Part shown: in pieces, positions 27,014 through 40,700 of the stretch | Layout of the letters: each line of letters begins with the position of its first letter | How positions within the stretch are numbered: position 1 is the stretch's first letter | Origin: Oikopleura dioica | Lineage: Eukaryota; Animalia; Chordata | Length of the DNA stretch: 64,000 nucleotides | Reading direction: 5' to 3' | Assembly: GCA_907165135.1 (NCBI GenBank) | Contig: OU015568.1 | Coordinates: 11,284,001 to 11,348,000, forward strand | The notes under the pieces: model-generated | The model's database searches: none | The model's input: the letters and a program-made list of their open reading frames with translations, nothing else | Told to the model about the DNA's origin: nothing | Program-made: the position numbers and the translations under genes

Positions 27014-30000
27014 GCTGGAGTACCCGGTACTCGCGATTGAATATCACACACAGCATTTTCTCTCTTTCCGATTCTCCACCTAATGGCTATTCAAAAGGTG
27101 AGTCCGGATTTTCCCTACCGAGGATATTCTCCTCCTGATCGCGGTTTGTTTGAATAAGGATTTGCATAGGAAAGGATTTATTAAATAAAATATTTATTGA
27201 AAAAGGGACCATTCCAACATTATGTTTACGACGTTTTTGGCGGCGGCGGATGAAAGTGGCTTTTGAGATTTGTCAAATTTGGAATAATGAGATTTGCAAG
27301 TTTTTGAGCAGAAAAGGCGTTCATGTAATTCTGTATAACTTGAGGAAATTAGTAAAGTCGTATAGAGTTGTTTTAGAAAACAACTTCGCCGGTGTCCCCT
27401 CGGCGTCCGTCGCTGTCGTCCGAAATGCGCTTAGCGAGTTCGAGTTACCGATACCGCGTTTTCCTCTTTATATCACATTCGAATGGGTCAAGACAGAGCC
27501 TAACCCGATTAGAGTTGAATTCCGGCAGACCGGTTGATGGGCCACTTTTAACTCAGAATCATTTCAGCTGAAAGCGGCAGTCGTTCTATCTCCGGCTTCT
27601 CCTTCCCGACTCAAGCAAGTGACTCAACGAAGAAGTTGAGGCTTTGTCAAGCTTATGAGTCGCGTGCTCCTCCTGAGTGGTCGAGAAAAGGCGACGGAAT
27701 AGTTATTAAAAGCCAGACAATATTGTCGGATAAGGCGTGCGAGGAATTAAAGCGGAATGCTAAGGAGATCGCCGTTCTCAATGTCTGGGATGACCAGGAA
27801 ATGCTCACGAAAAGAGTTGACCGGATTTGTCTAGAAACCCAGACAATATCCGAACTTGGCGCGAGCAAAGTAAAGGATACGGCGCCTAAAGGAGCAACCC
27901 AAATTTACGTGAGTCAGCGAACATCTTGGCCAAACGACCAATTTCTCTCGTTTTCTCTCATTACCCGTGATATGGGAGGATTCAAACCAGTAAACAGATT
28001 CTGGGCCATCCCACTTGATGAAAATGAACTCAAAAAGGACAATCAATTGCTTGTTTCTGCTATCCGATCAATTTTGGACTGAAATATTTTGGAACTTTTT
28101 GCATGGGATTGTAAGAATAAGTTTGATCAGTAATTGAGTCCACTGAAAGACCGAATGAATGTTGAATGGAGAAAAGACCCTCTGATCCGAAGCTATAAGG
28201 AACGAGTTCTGAAATTTCAGCCGACAAAATTTTGAAATCAAGGAAGAGAGTTTTTTAGCTCGAGAAAGATTGATGTTCAACCGCCACCAAAAGTTATCCA
28301 AAAAGAGCAGATAAAAAGCAACGTCCTTCTTCTGAAGAATTTATTGCCAGATACAGAATATGAAATTACTGTGACCCCAGTCAGTACATCTGGGGTGGAG
28401 CTTTCTCCGATGATTGCCAAAAGAAGAACGGCTGTGGAAGGACCGGAGATCCGTTTTCCATTCATTCGTTCGACAAGGATCGGTTCAGTATATTTCAATA
28501 AAACAACAAGACTAAATTAGACTGTCTTATTATACATAGGAGGTTCTTCCAGTCTGAAAGTTTATGCTGCTTCCATGAATAATTATTCCCCTACCTGTAG
28601 ATTAAAAATAAGTTTCTTAATGGTTCTCATCCTTTAACAGCATCGAGGTGGAAATCGGAGAAGTAAAAGACGGAGAAATTCGGCTGAAAGTAACTCCGGA
28701 AGTTGAAATAACATCAAGGTAAGTTATTCTATCACAATATTGTCACAGAATTCTTTCAGTGACACCAATCATCTGACCCTGATAACTGAACCAGCTACAG
28801 AATACGCGGTTACGGTCTTTGTTGTTTTGGATCAGGAGAGAGATATCCAGGAAATGGTAAGATTACAGGGCAAAAAGCGGTTTTGAAAATATGACGATAT
28901 ATTCGGGTGAAGATTTTCCATCAAGTGTCTAGAGTCTAGACGCCTTCTTATTCTGAAACTAATTTCAACGAGAGCACATGACTCAGCTTACTTAACTGAG
29001 GCTATAAATGTGATGCCCGTTTAGTAGATGGAATCGTATCGGTATTTTGGAAGAACAAAAATTTTCAAAGATTTTACTTCCTTACTGAGTCAGTAAATAA
29101 TACTGACGCAGAAATTTACGTAAATAAAGTTGGAATCTTCATCATCATTCTAATATGATCATACCATAAAAAGACGAGCGAAATGACGCGGATCGTTCGA
29201 AGCTCACCGAGTCCCGAGGAACTCGATGTACAAGTTTCGATGGTTGATGGCAAATTTGACGTAAATGTCAACGGAATGGATGATGCTGAATCGTATAATA
29301 TAGATGTCATTTCGGATAGAGCTGGGGAAACTCAGCTTTCAGGAAGTATTCGGTCCTTTTCCGTTGCTGGTGAGTCAATTAGAAAGGAAACAATTCGAAT
29401 TCATCATAAAGTTCTCCTTGATTTCAGTATATTTTTTTCAGAAAACCACGCGACGCTCGAAGATATGGAATTATCACGTAAAGACTCATTGACTTTTTAC
29501 GTCGCAGCGAAAATGGGAAGAAGCAGTGCAGGAGAAGTTCGAGAGACAGATGCAATCGCTATCGAAACTCCTTTCCGTTTATGTAATTGGGTCGAGGAGG
29601 AATCGAGACTATCTTGCACAGGGAAAGATGATCTTAGGAGTCAAATCCTCACTTGGTCAGTCATCGGCGACAGGGTTCAAGTGAATGTCAAGGATATCGG
29701 GCAAACTGACATTGCTTGCGACTTGGTGAAGGTTTTAAATGTGGATAATAATTTGCTAAATGGAGTGGAACTCAAGTCGTTTTTATCGAAATTCAAAAAC
29801 GTTGAACGGCTCAATGCGTCTAAAAATCGAATTTCTTCCTTGCCTTATGGTAACATCCCCTAATAATCGCGTCTTTTAATGTTTATAGATACCTTCATGA
29901 ACACTCCAAAATTGTGGAAAATCAACCTGTCGGAAAATTTTATCGAGACATTCCACAAGGACACCTTTATTTTCACCCAAGCACTTCAGGTACTTTTAAA

Positions 30001-30470
30001 ATTTGACATTTCGAGTGGGTACCACGTGACCACTCAAAATGCTTGTTGAGGCGGCCGGTTTTTTTGTAAACTGAAAATTCGCTTATTTAGAAATAATTTT
30101 ATCTTGCTAAAGATATTTTGAAGATTAAATGATTTCAGTGAATTATTCACCGGTTCTCATTAAAATACACGTTTAATCTCCTTATGATAATGGATCTTTA
30201 TTCAGCAAATACTTTGCTAACAATTTACTGAATTAAAGTAATGAAGAATTATTCACGTCAATCAAATTTTAGGTTCTCGACGTGAGCAACAATCCATTAG
30301 CCTTCTGTGGATTAGGAATCGGCCATTTGAGAACGCTAGAAAGCAAATTACGAATCCTGGATCTTCGGGCAACCAACTTTCCAGCGAAGCTCGAAGGTCA
30401 CTGGAACGCACTTATGCTTTATTATGACGTAGGTGAAGCACCGCGAATTATTCACCAAGAAGGGATTTAG
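27014..30470 (+). CDS. Large extracellular protein with fibronectin type III repeats followed by leucine-rich repeats
   Basis: There are multiple GT-AG exons. FN3 signatures are LKNLLPDTEYEITVTP and TEPATEYAVTVF. LRRs are LNVDNNLL, LNASKNRISSLP, INLSENFIETF, LDVSNNPL and LDLRATNF. The first exon (27014-27097) has no in-frame ATG and looks internal. The C-terminus is uncertain. Confidence 0.8.
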
Positions 30471-31068
30471 AGCGATTTCGAAAGGCTAACCGGATGAAGG
30501 ATTAAATTTTTGAAAATTTGGAAGTCAAGAAATTCAACAGATAAGAATAAAAGAACACGAAATCCGAGATATGAATTTTCAAAAATTCAATCCTTTTGAT
30601 AAGCCCTAGAATCTCGTAATTCAAGCCAAAGATATCTAAATCCCGGATACAGCCGTTTTCCCACGACTCTGCCCAGTCCACAAGACGCGTTCGACGTGAA
30701 GAATTCGGTTCAAAGAAATTTATTCTAATATTTTTCATAAATGTCAAATACAGTCTCAAAAACAGAAAAAATAGAGGTCAGAATTTTACGATTTTGATGT
30801 TGAAATGTAGATGCTGTAGATTGTTTGTATAGTGTCGTTTTGGAAACGATCAGTTATTCGTCCTTTTCAAGAGTTCGAAAAAATAATTTTATATTTTTGT
30901 TTTCAAAAAAAGATTCAATAATTCGAACGCTGCCTTTTTTGAAGCACAGTGATGCACGTTTTAGGTTAATATCGAGTAAAATTGAAGTAATTAATTATGT
31001 GTAACGATAATTTGAAATTCTAGTGATTAGAGCTACTGCAAATTCATTTTCAAAAACGTATTTGAGAA

Positions 31069-32938
31069 CTAGTCGTAATGAGGCTTGACACCGCATTTTA
31101 TGAGGATGAATTCGAACACTGCCTTTAGGTGCTTGCAAAGAAGGTTTTCTTTCTCGGCGAAAAAGGTTCCAAAGATGAGGTAGGTTTGGACGGCGGCGGC
31201 AGCGCTGGCAACCCAGAAGACCCACACGTAAGCATATTGTCCTAAAAGTAAGAAATTCATCTTTGTCGAAGTTGAATGAATCGATGATCACTCAAACAGA
31301 AATCAGCCCTCTATTTTTCTTCGAGGAAACAAAGCCCTTTGCCGGAAGCACTTGATCCCGGCGCTTACTCCACCATGACTGCGTCGCGTCATACGCCATT
31401 TGCCCCAAACAAAAACCCCCGTTTGCTTATCTAAATGCCTAATCATCCTCCCGTTTATTTATTATGTTTTTTTTTTAGATGAAAAAGTTTCAAAAAAGGC
31501 GCAGCGAAATGGAATGTTTTTGGAGCTGCGCCAAAGAACATTTTCGCGCGCATTTTGACTTTCTGGCGGTGGTGCTGGAACTGGATTGGACCATGCGAGA
31601 CTTGCGGTTTGGCGCATATTCTTAACGAGCAAGGGCAAAAATCCATGATCGTTTTCGGGGCCTATTTTAAGTGGGGAAGGCGCGCTGACGCTTGAATAGC
31701 CACCTGATGATGAATGAGGCCGCAGCGCATGGTGTTCGCGCTCGTTTAGGTTCATTAAAGTAATCATCTTATACATACTAATGTTGCTTACCGGTAAGAA
31801 TGGCAGTGGCGAGGACTTTGGCTGGGTGCATTTGTCCAGCTCCGCAGTGATGTCCAGCCATGATTCCGGTGAAGACGCACATGCCGATCATGAAGGCTCC
31901 GTTGGGGTTATCCCATTTCTTGTTTCCAACGACCAAGTTAGTGGCGAGCTGGAGGATGAAGGAAGTCTGCATCTCAGCAATAAAAAGTCCAACGACCTGG
32001 GCTTTTGTCAAGTCAGCGAGAACGACGGCTCCAAGGACTTCGCCCTGGCCAGCGGAATACTAAAATGGAGATAATTAATGTTAACATTCCAGATTTTATT
32101 TTATGAGAGCGGGAGAGTTCAACTTCACATACCTTAACAAGAGCGGCTCCAGTCATAGCTCCAAGGAGCTGGCAGAGGACGTAGGATGGAACCAATCGCC
32201 AGTCGAAATTGCCAGTGATCGCGAAACCGAAGGTGACAGTAGGCGAGACATGGGCGACGGAAACGTAGTGGAACATTTGAAGGAGGGCAAAGATTGAGAA
32301 TCCAGCGACAAGACCAGGCACAAGTGGGAGAACATCGTCGGAGCTGGCATAGCCAAAGACGGAGGTGACGTTGAAGACGAGAATCATCGCGGTCACAAAC
32401 TCGCAAGCGTGGGCTCGGCCATACTGCCAGTAGTAATCATAAGCTAAGCTTGACATTAAAAACAGGAAGAGCGGATGATTTTACCTTTGCCTCGTGACTC
32501 TACTACAGCAACGACGACTTCTTCTTTTTCATCTTCAACAACAACTTTGGCATCGTTCTGAATAATTTGCTTAGACAACAGAATACACAGACATGTTCTT
32601 TTGTCAAGAACGCCAAGAACTTGATCGATTATGTTGTAATTCTAGGGCAGGGATAGCCACTGGCAATATCAGAGTCGACATTCCACGGAATATCAAGTCT
32701 CTGAGACATCAAACTTTCATGATTTTTGCAGTTTTATCCTTATTCAGCTTCAAATGCTAGAAAAAATGATTTCTTTCCCTGGTTGAAATCTGTAATTTTA
32801 TATCATTGACATTAATAATGAATCGATTAGATTAAAATAGCACCAGATATTCTTTTAAGTTAACAAAAATAAATATTCATAGCCCCTAAATACCTCAGTC
32901 TGCTCGATAAGCTCAGTTTGTTCCTCTTTCTCAGTCAT
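31069..32938 (-). CDS. aqp: Aquaporin (MIP family) with unorthodox NPA boxes
   Basis: Exons encode MTEKEEQTELIEQTE | NDAKVV...RGK | AYDYYWQYGRAHACEFV...SVAHVSPTVTFG...QLLGAMTGAALVK | YSAGQ...AEMQTSF...GAGQMHPAKVLATAILT | GQYAYVWVFWVA...HYD*. The six-TM MIP layout is intact, including the conserved TM1/TM4 Glu and the TM3 QxxG. Confidence 0.9.
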
Positions 32939-33595
32939 ATCGGTGCTTCTCAATCACTAGAAGGGAAGGAAAAAATCAATAAAGTGCAATCTGCTCGTCA
33001 ATGCTGGCGCAATGATCGGTATGTGGCGAATGCGGTGGTGCTGCTGCTGGCGGATTTTCAAAAATGGCACCAGGCTGTAGTAAAATAGCCAGTAGGCAAG
33101 TGGCGGCGGAGCAAAAAAAATTAACGGAAAGAATCGGCGCTGCCGTGGAGCAACGCGAAACGCAAAAGGTGGAAAATTCATTGGGTTCGGCTTGCTGGCG
33201 CCCCGTGTGCGCCGCTTTTTCCCGCCATTTTGCGCGGATTATTCAAAATCAACCAGCAAAGTGGGTACTTGGTATACCTAGATACCTTTGTTGGCCATTG
33301 TGGCCAACTAGTCGGCTAGATACACACAGTGCTTATGTGTCAAGGGCGTTATTGTAACTGCTTTTGTGAGTGAATTCAAAAAGGATTCGTTACACAAAGT
33401 GTACCCGTTAAATAAAGCCTAACTCATAAATGCTTTACTCACCTGAAAAGTGATCTCTACAATTTGAAAGCAGCTAAAACAAACTTTTGCTATTTGATTT
33501 CTTGTACCCTAAGCGCCTATTTTTTGAACTAACAATGCTGTATCCCTGAATAAAAACAGTATTTGATTTCGAGAGTATATTTTCGCAGCAAAAGT

Positions 33596-35021
33596 TTAGC
33601 AGTAAGGCGCGGAATTTCGAGTGTCGCCGTAGTAGGTCGTTCGCGATCCTGGCTTTGACGCTTTGATTGGGATTTCTTTCTGTCTTGAGACACTCCAAAA
33701 CACGGAAAGTAAACTCACTCAGTCTCTCGAGACGAGTGTTAAGTGGTCATTTACGGAAATCTACTTGTACTCCCGCACTCACAGTTTTCGGAGCCAAGAA
33801 TTAAAAAGTCAAAATCCCTTAACATTCCACCCGAGTCGGTTGCAGCCATTCAAGCAGTTCGTGCAGCGGCCCTTGAAAATGTTTAGCCATCAGATTAGCT
33901 TTATTTGTTTATATTTAGGACTTACGGCTTCATAGTTGGATTTGGAGCAGACAGGAATGTTGCATCCGTTGTGTGTGATAGAGTCAACGTACATTTTTGG
34001 CGCCTCGCCGTGATCGCAAATGAAATTGCTTAATTACAGTAAAGTTATTGATTCAAGATGCGATGTTTTTTCATGTCTACAAAACAGAGCTTTTTATGTT
34101 AAGGAAATGTAAGAACAAGCGGAAATCCGATCTCAGCTTTGCAAACTTACTTGCAGCCAGGTTGTCGAACGCCGCCATTGGGGTAGAAATCTGCGTGGCC
34201 AAAAGCAGCATTCATACCCAAGAAACCGGCATCTTCGTCGCCGCCATTGGTATGAATGATCTTTTCAAAATTTATTAACCATGGATTACTAAGTTGTATA
34301 CCTGCACAAAAGTAGCATCGGTGTAATCAATTCGAACTTCTTTCGTTGTCTTCTCAAAAGTTGGACCAGCAGGATCCATGCCAACAACTTGTCCCATGGT
34401 TTTTCTGAATTCCGACTTGAGATATTTAGCTGCATAGGAGCACACGTGACCTCCAAGAGAATGTCCAACGCAGTAGAAATCGCTTGACCTGATGCTCAGC
34501 TGGCTCAGCATCTAAATAACACTAAAATATATTCCTTTTAACGTTTTTTTTTTACCTTTGCGATCATTCTACCGACAGTTTGAGTATCAGCCGCAGATTG
34601 AAAATAGTCCAGATTCTGCGAGCCCTTGGACCAGTCAACGCTGATGAAGTTGACGTTCTGGTGGTTGAGATAATTGTCTCGAGCCTTGGTCATGAAGCTT
34701 CTGTCGTCGTACTCGTCGGTCCAGCCGTGAGTCATGACAACAACTTTTTTGTTTGTCTCAAAGAGGTTCTCATTGACGTTGTTCCAGGTGATTGCTCTCT
34801 CGACGCGGTTTTTGGAGTTAGTGATGAACATACCCGTCAAAACATCGCTCGGCGATTTGGGAAGTCGTCGTGGACGATACCCAGAAACCGAGAAAGGGGG
34901 ATCATCGGTGAAGCACCCAACATCATCTTCGAACAATAAATATCTTTATCAACATAAAACTCTTACTGTAGCAAACACTGGCAGCCTCGGAGCAAGCAAA
35001 GATGAGACAAGCTAACTTCAT
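33596..35021 (-). CDS. Pancreatic lipase family protein A (catalytic domain only)
   Basis: Features are a signal peptide [25 protein letters not shown] (Ser), MDPAGP (Asp), IHTNG, FYPNGG and CDH (His), ending TRNSAPYC*. It has seven exons, including a GA-AG intron at 33661-33816. Confidence 0.93.
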
Positions 35022-35413
35022 AATTATGCTGAAAATATTATTTTCAGAATGAAGGCGTGGATTTCAAAAGAAGTGACATAAGTTTAAGCATTTGTAGAAT
35101 TCTCACGAACTGCGCAATAAAATCTACGAATATTTGTCCTACGACAATTTTCTATTGAGAAGATACTGTGTTCAAGGATCACCTGCTTGTGCGGGCGGGA
35201 GATCATCTCTTTCTAAAGGTGGTGAAACATTTGAGTATTCGATCAAGTGACTTCACCTGCAACTTTCAACCGGGCGGGCATTTTTTTTCCTTCAAAGTCT
35301 CACGCCGGTTTTATAATACAACATAAACACTGAAATTCTCGGAAAACATCATGGTGAACAAAAGCGAATAAATTTATTTTGATGAATGAATGGAAGCAAC
35401 AGAGATTCAGAAA

Positions 35414-36543
35414 TTAACAGTAAGGTGCTTCCCTTCCAGTTGTTCCGAAATAATCGTGTTTGATAGTTGGCTTGTGAGCATTCCATCCCATCGAGTTTTT
35501 ATTCAGGCGACAGCTGAGATCTGTGATTGAAGCGTTTTCGTCGCACGTGTTGAATTCGCAGCCATGTCCTCTGATCGAATCCACGAACATCCACGGCGCC
35601 TCTCCGTGCGAACAGATGAAATTGATATCCCAGCAGCCAGGTTGATGAACGCCGCCATTGGGGTAAAAATCAGCGTGTCCGACAGAATAGCTCATGCCCA
35701 GGAAACCCTGATCCTCGTCGCCGCCATTTGTGTGGATAACATCGACAAATTCGGCATCCGACGAGTCGAGACGAACAGCCTTTGTGGTTTTTTGAAACGC
35801 TGGCCCAGCTGGATCCATTCCAGTGATACGGCCCATGGTAAGTTCGAACTCGCTTTTAAGGAATTTTCCGGCATTCGAGCACACGTGTGCGCCCAAGGAG
35901 TGACCAATGCAGTGGAAGGAAGATGCTGGCATATCGAGTTGTGAGAGCATCTAAATCAGCCTTAGTTACTTTTTTAAACGGAAGTGCGTCTCTAGTTTTC
36001 CGGAGAAAAAACGAGCGGCGGTAAAGAATACGCGCGAAACCGCCAAATCCGTATTAGCATAACCCCTTACCTTGGCGATCATGCGTCCAACGGTCTGCGT
36101 ATCCGCGGCGCTTTGAAAGTAGTCGATGTTTTGACCGGCTTTGGCCCACTCGACTCCAACGAAATTCACGTCTTCATAGGCCAAGAATAACTTTTGAGCC
36201 TCAGTGAGCCAGTGTTCCGAATGCCACTCGTCATTCCATCCGTGCGTCATGACAACAACTGGTTTGGTAAGGTCGAAGTAGCGTTGCTCAACGTTTTTCC
36301 ACGGAAGCCAGGTGGGCTTTTGATGGAACCTATTCGTCAGCCACATTCCATTGAGAACATCTTCAGGTTGCTTGGGCAGCCGTCGTGGCCGATAGCCAAA
36401 CATGGAGAAGGGAGGATCATCGGTGAAGCAACCAACATCGTCTGAATGAAAAATGGATCAAGAATAGTTCCCGAATCTCATCATATACCATAGCAAATGT
36501 CGGCAGCAAAGGCAGCAGAAGCAAATATTCCAAAAATTTTCAT
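35414..36543 (-). CDS. Pancreatic lipase family protein B, tandem paralogue
   Basis: The sequence includes MKIFGIF..CYDDVGCF, THGW, GHSLG, MDPAGP, IHTNG, FYPNGG and CSH, ending GREAPYC*. It has three exons. Confidence 0.95.
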
Positions 36544-37767
36544 ATTTCAAAGTTGTTTCTTTTCTATTTGACGAAACTCAGCAGTTTATGCTTTCTTTAA
36601 TCCGTCAAACAGATGCGTTTTCTCATGATTCTGCTGACAAAAAGCGCGCTACAATTGACGAGTTACAGAGACTCAAGGTAAATACTGTCTCACAATTTGC
36701 GTTGCGTCTTTTTACATCATTTGATAATGATGAAATTTGACTGGAAACTCGACAAGCTCTGACGTCAAAGTCGGATTCATTTTCTTTTCCGGGATAAATT
36801 TGCGATTATGTATTTCTGAAGTAAGCAGTAGTTCTGAACCCGTCGCTCTGCTGCATCGGGCCGCTTCCGGCTTTCTCAATCTCCGGCGGGCGATAATCCC
36901 CGCTACAGCAGATAACTGTTACCAAACTACACGCTAGACATGAAAGCTACTGGGAATAATTGGCAATGAGATAGAACCTGTTGCCAAAATGTCAAGCCTG
37001 TCAGATAGATATTTTTCGCCGCGCTCAGTGCGCATTTCCGCGTTGCGATGGCGTGACCGCGTGATTACCGACCAGGGGTTAATATTTCAGCCATGCCATT
37101 TTCATTTTCTCTCGCCTCGTCAACGGATAAGGTTTCCCGCCGCTGGATTTATTGGCGCGACCTTTGGAGAATGAGCGACTGGAAAATTGAAAATTTTGGA
37201 CGATTAGGTTAGTTTGGAGCAGTTATAAATAGGTGATCATAATGACTGATTAAAATAAAATAAAATAGTGATTTGCCACTAAAAATCTCTTACAAGATTC
37301 GTTTTAATTTTAAAACTCTAATTTTAACAACTGTCAATTGTTAAGTTATCGGATTAAATAAGGATATCAGAACTTGAATCCCTCGTTTGGACATTATTAG
37401 ATTTTCAGAAGAAGAAAAAGGTGCTTCTTGTTTATTGAAGCATTTCTAGCTTTGTGAGCTAGTCGAGGGTGGCACTTGTGGCACCGCGATTTCCTTTTAC
37501 CACACCCGAGTACAGGGTGTAGTGCCACCACCGCCGCCACCACAGCCGCGTCCCGGACAGAAAAAAGGGAGAGTGACTCACCGCGGTGAAAAAAATAACG
37601 TAAAGGACTTTGACTGACTTTGCGCCACCACCTCCATCTAGCGCGGATTCGGTGCGCGCGCCAGGCCATCCTCTCGCTCACAATATAAATAATTTTTATC
37701 AGATTAGATAAAAATGTAAGACGCTGCAATTCTTAGAGAATAAAGGAAGAAAATGATATGAGAGATT

Positions 37768-40700
37768 ATGAAGACTGAAAAATGGCTGAAGATCTTGGAC
37801 AGGGAAGGGGTTGAACAGACATTCCAGAGCGAATTCCAGCCTATGACTAGCAATGATGTTTTATGTAAAGGTAATGCTTTGCTGTCGAAGTTTTTAAAAA
37901 TTTATACATTGAATTTTAAAAATGTTGATAGGGGAAAATAAACTGTTTTATATTTATGATTTCGAACTAATCATTAATTTCAAAAATAACTATTCAAAGC
38001 GAAAGTCAAAAATAAAATGATTGAACTCAAATTTCAACCTCATAAAGTCAGCAGTTTCTGTCCTGTCGTGTGTATGGATTCTGCTGATAATCTCGCTGAG
38101 CGGGATCCTCTTCGTCTTCGCCTTGGCCTGGAAATACAAATCCTTTAGGTATGAAAAAACTTTCCCAAGCGGCTTGTTTCAAGCACGTTGCGGCCGACGC
38201 TCTAAATCCACGCTGAATTTTATTCCCACTTTCTTTGCTGAAATCGTTATGTGCGGATGTTCTCGAGATAGAAACCGCATCGCTGTATTTCTATTTGAGA
38301 TAATTTTATTCTTTATTTTTGCGCTTGTAGAGCTAAATGCAGACGTTTCTTGCGCTGGCTGACAGCGCGCTGGCATAAGCCACTTGACAAATTTCAAACG
38401 GTCGGTTTGTTTAAGAATTTTTCTTTCAGAAAAGTACTTAACAGCTTAGTTTTGAAGTAACCATAAGGATCATTTGCATTCTTCTTGTATATACTTTTTA
38501 TAAAATAAGTCAGTTGAATAAAAATTCAAAAGCATTGCTACTGTGTCACTAACAAGTGTGAATCGCTAAATATCAAGTTCACAAATAAAAGAAACTGACA
38601 AGAAAAGTTGTAAATTGAATTTGAGCTCAATCGGCTTACTCGGTTGGTTTTAGGGTACCATCGTCCGACGGAAAAGACTCGTGGTTGACTTTTGCCTTGC
38701 TCTGCGGATCCCTGCTCGCGCACTCGTCCGTCTTTCCATTCGCAGCACGAGTTTACGCTCTCGTTCAAATACGTAAGTACAGTAAAAGTGAGACCCCTCG
38801 ATGGAGCGAGAAGAGTCCAAAAATGTGCCGCACTTGAGATATCAAAGGCTCGTGAAAATAAATTCTCCTGCTGAAAAATCCGTGATAATAATAAGTTTTG
38901 CGCGGGCGCTAGAATTCCTCAGCTGTAATAGGAATGCCGGAATAATAAGAACTTTTCAATTGCGGTTTTTAATTTTAAGTGCTGCTCTGGTGATATTTTG
39001 AACATAAAGTAGAAGGGACGTCAATTATCGAGTATGAGTATACGCGCTAATCTATAATCATCGCATCAAAATTGCTCCGAGTAATCCGTCCCTGGTCTCG
39101 AATTTCTTAAAAATCCAAGAGTCACTCTTTTCTCTCTCTCTCCTTCGATCACGTGGGCACGGCGCCAACCCTCAGCTGCGGGTTAGAGGCCACTCTCTCA
39201 AAGACGGCTTTATCGCTGAAATTATCTGCGGCGAATATTTCGAGTGCATCACTTTGTATTTGCAATTTTAATGTTTACGATGCTCCAAGCCGCCCCTTTA
39301 TTTTAGAAATAATCGTGTTTCAACGACCTTTTTTACTTGATAGTTAAAGAAATGTTAAGCAACTTCTATCAAAACAGAGACGCAAATTCAAGTGGCAGTT
39401 TGGCTCCTTTCCGTTGGATGTTCCTTGGTGTTTGGATCGCAAGCGATTCTAGCGTGGAAACGATGGAAGATCCAGAACTCGTATTTAAATATTCGGCACC
39501 AATACCTCGCACTCATTTTATGCATGATTGTTCTTGTTGATGTTTCCCAGGTGAAAATTAGTTTAATGATCGTAATTTTCATATTCCATGAAGTGTAAAT
39601 AAGTTCGACATATAATAGATATAATATCAATCAATCAATCAATCAATCTAGTAGACTTATTCAGCTTACTCTGTGGAGCAGCACTGATCCATTTCGATGC
39701 TCGGCGACACCGGCGTCTGCTCAATCAACGCGTTCGGCACCTGACAGCTCGCTCGTCTTCTGCTCAGTCCATTACCTACCTCTCTGGCTGCTCAGTAATT
39801 TTCTTCATAAGGTGCGTTTCGTTTTATATTCATTTCTTCAGTATTTCAGGGAGTGCTTATCTTCACCGCAACCGTGTACTCCTGGCGACTCCAGCTTTTG
39901 TCCACCTCAATTTCGATTCTACGTTCCATTTCAGGCTGCTCCTTGCTTTCTTCTAGCGCAGCTGTGATTTCTATTGCTTTGCTCTCTCCACTTGTTTACA
40001 TCGCTAACCAGTCTCCTGCGCTTCAGGTGTAATGCTCAATTAAGGAAGATAATCAAACCCCTTATTTAGCACTTGTGCCTTTCACTTGCCATTTTGCTTG
40101 CCATCGGAAGCACTTCGATCTTCCATTTCATTCCAAAAATCCTCACAGCGCATGTGCACAGGGAACAGCAAGTACAAGTGCGGCAAGCCACAATGGGGGA
40201 CATGGCTGGCAGCCCATTGTTCCCGGAAGTGCACGGCGGCGGACTCAAAAAGGTCAAGAAAACCAGCGAATTGAGGCGACCTTCCGCGAGTAGTCTCAGT
40301 CAGCATCAGCAGCTTCAAAGTCAGCAGCCCCTCCAAATGAATCAAAATCATCACAGACGAGAATCTAGCTCAATTACAGGGCGAAATATTTCGTTTATGA
40401 ATCCTGATCGTCTTGAAAATCTTCTCAAAGTAAACTTGAACGTCATTTACTGTTCTATCATTTTCCTAGGTTCCGCAAGACTCTCCTCACAAAAAGTCCA
40501 TCCGCGTTGGGTCAACCCGAGACCTAATGATGAAGGCCCGACAGCACCATAAAAGCATGTTCCAATTAGGCTACACTGCCGCCGGTTACCCTTCCTCGGA
40601 CTCGCATAATTCGCGGATAGAGATGTCCAGACAGTCTCAATGCCAATCATCTGCTTCGTCTTCCCGACACCCTCCTCACCAACCTCAAAACAGTCACAGA

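Noticed and set aside
31781-32297. Plus-strand ORFs over the aquaporin
   Set aside because: They are antisense shadows of coding exons.
34580-36445. Plus-strand ORFs 34580-34939, 35564-35944 and 36194-36445
   Set aside because: They are antisense shadows of the lipase exons.
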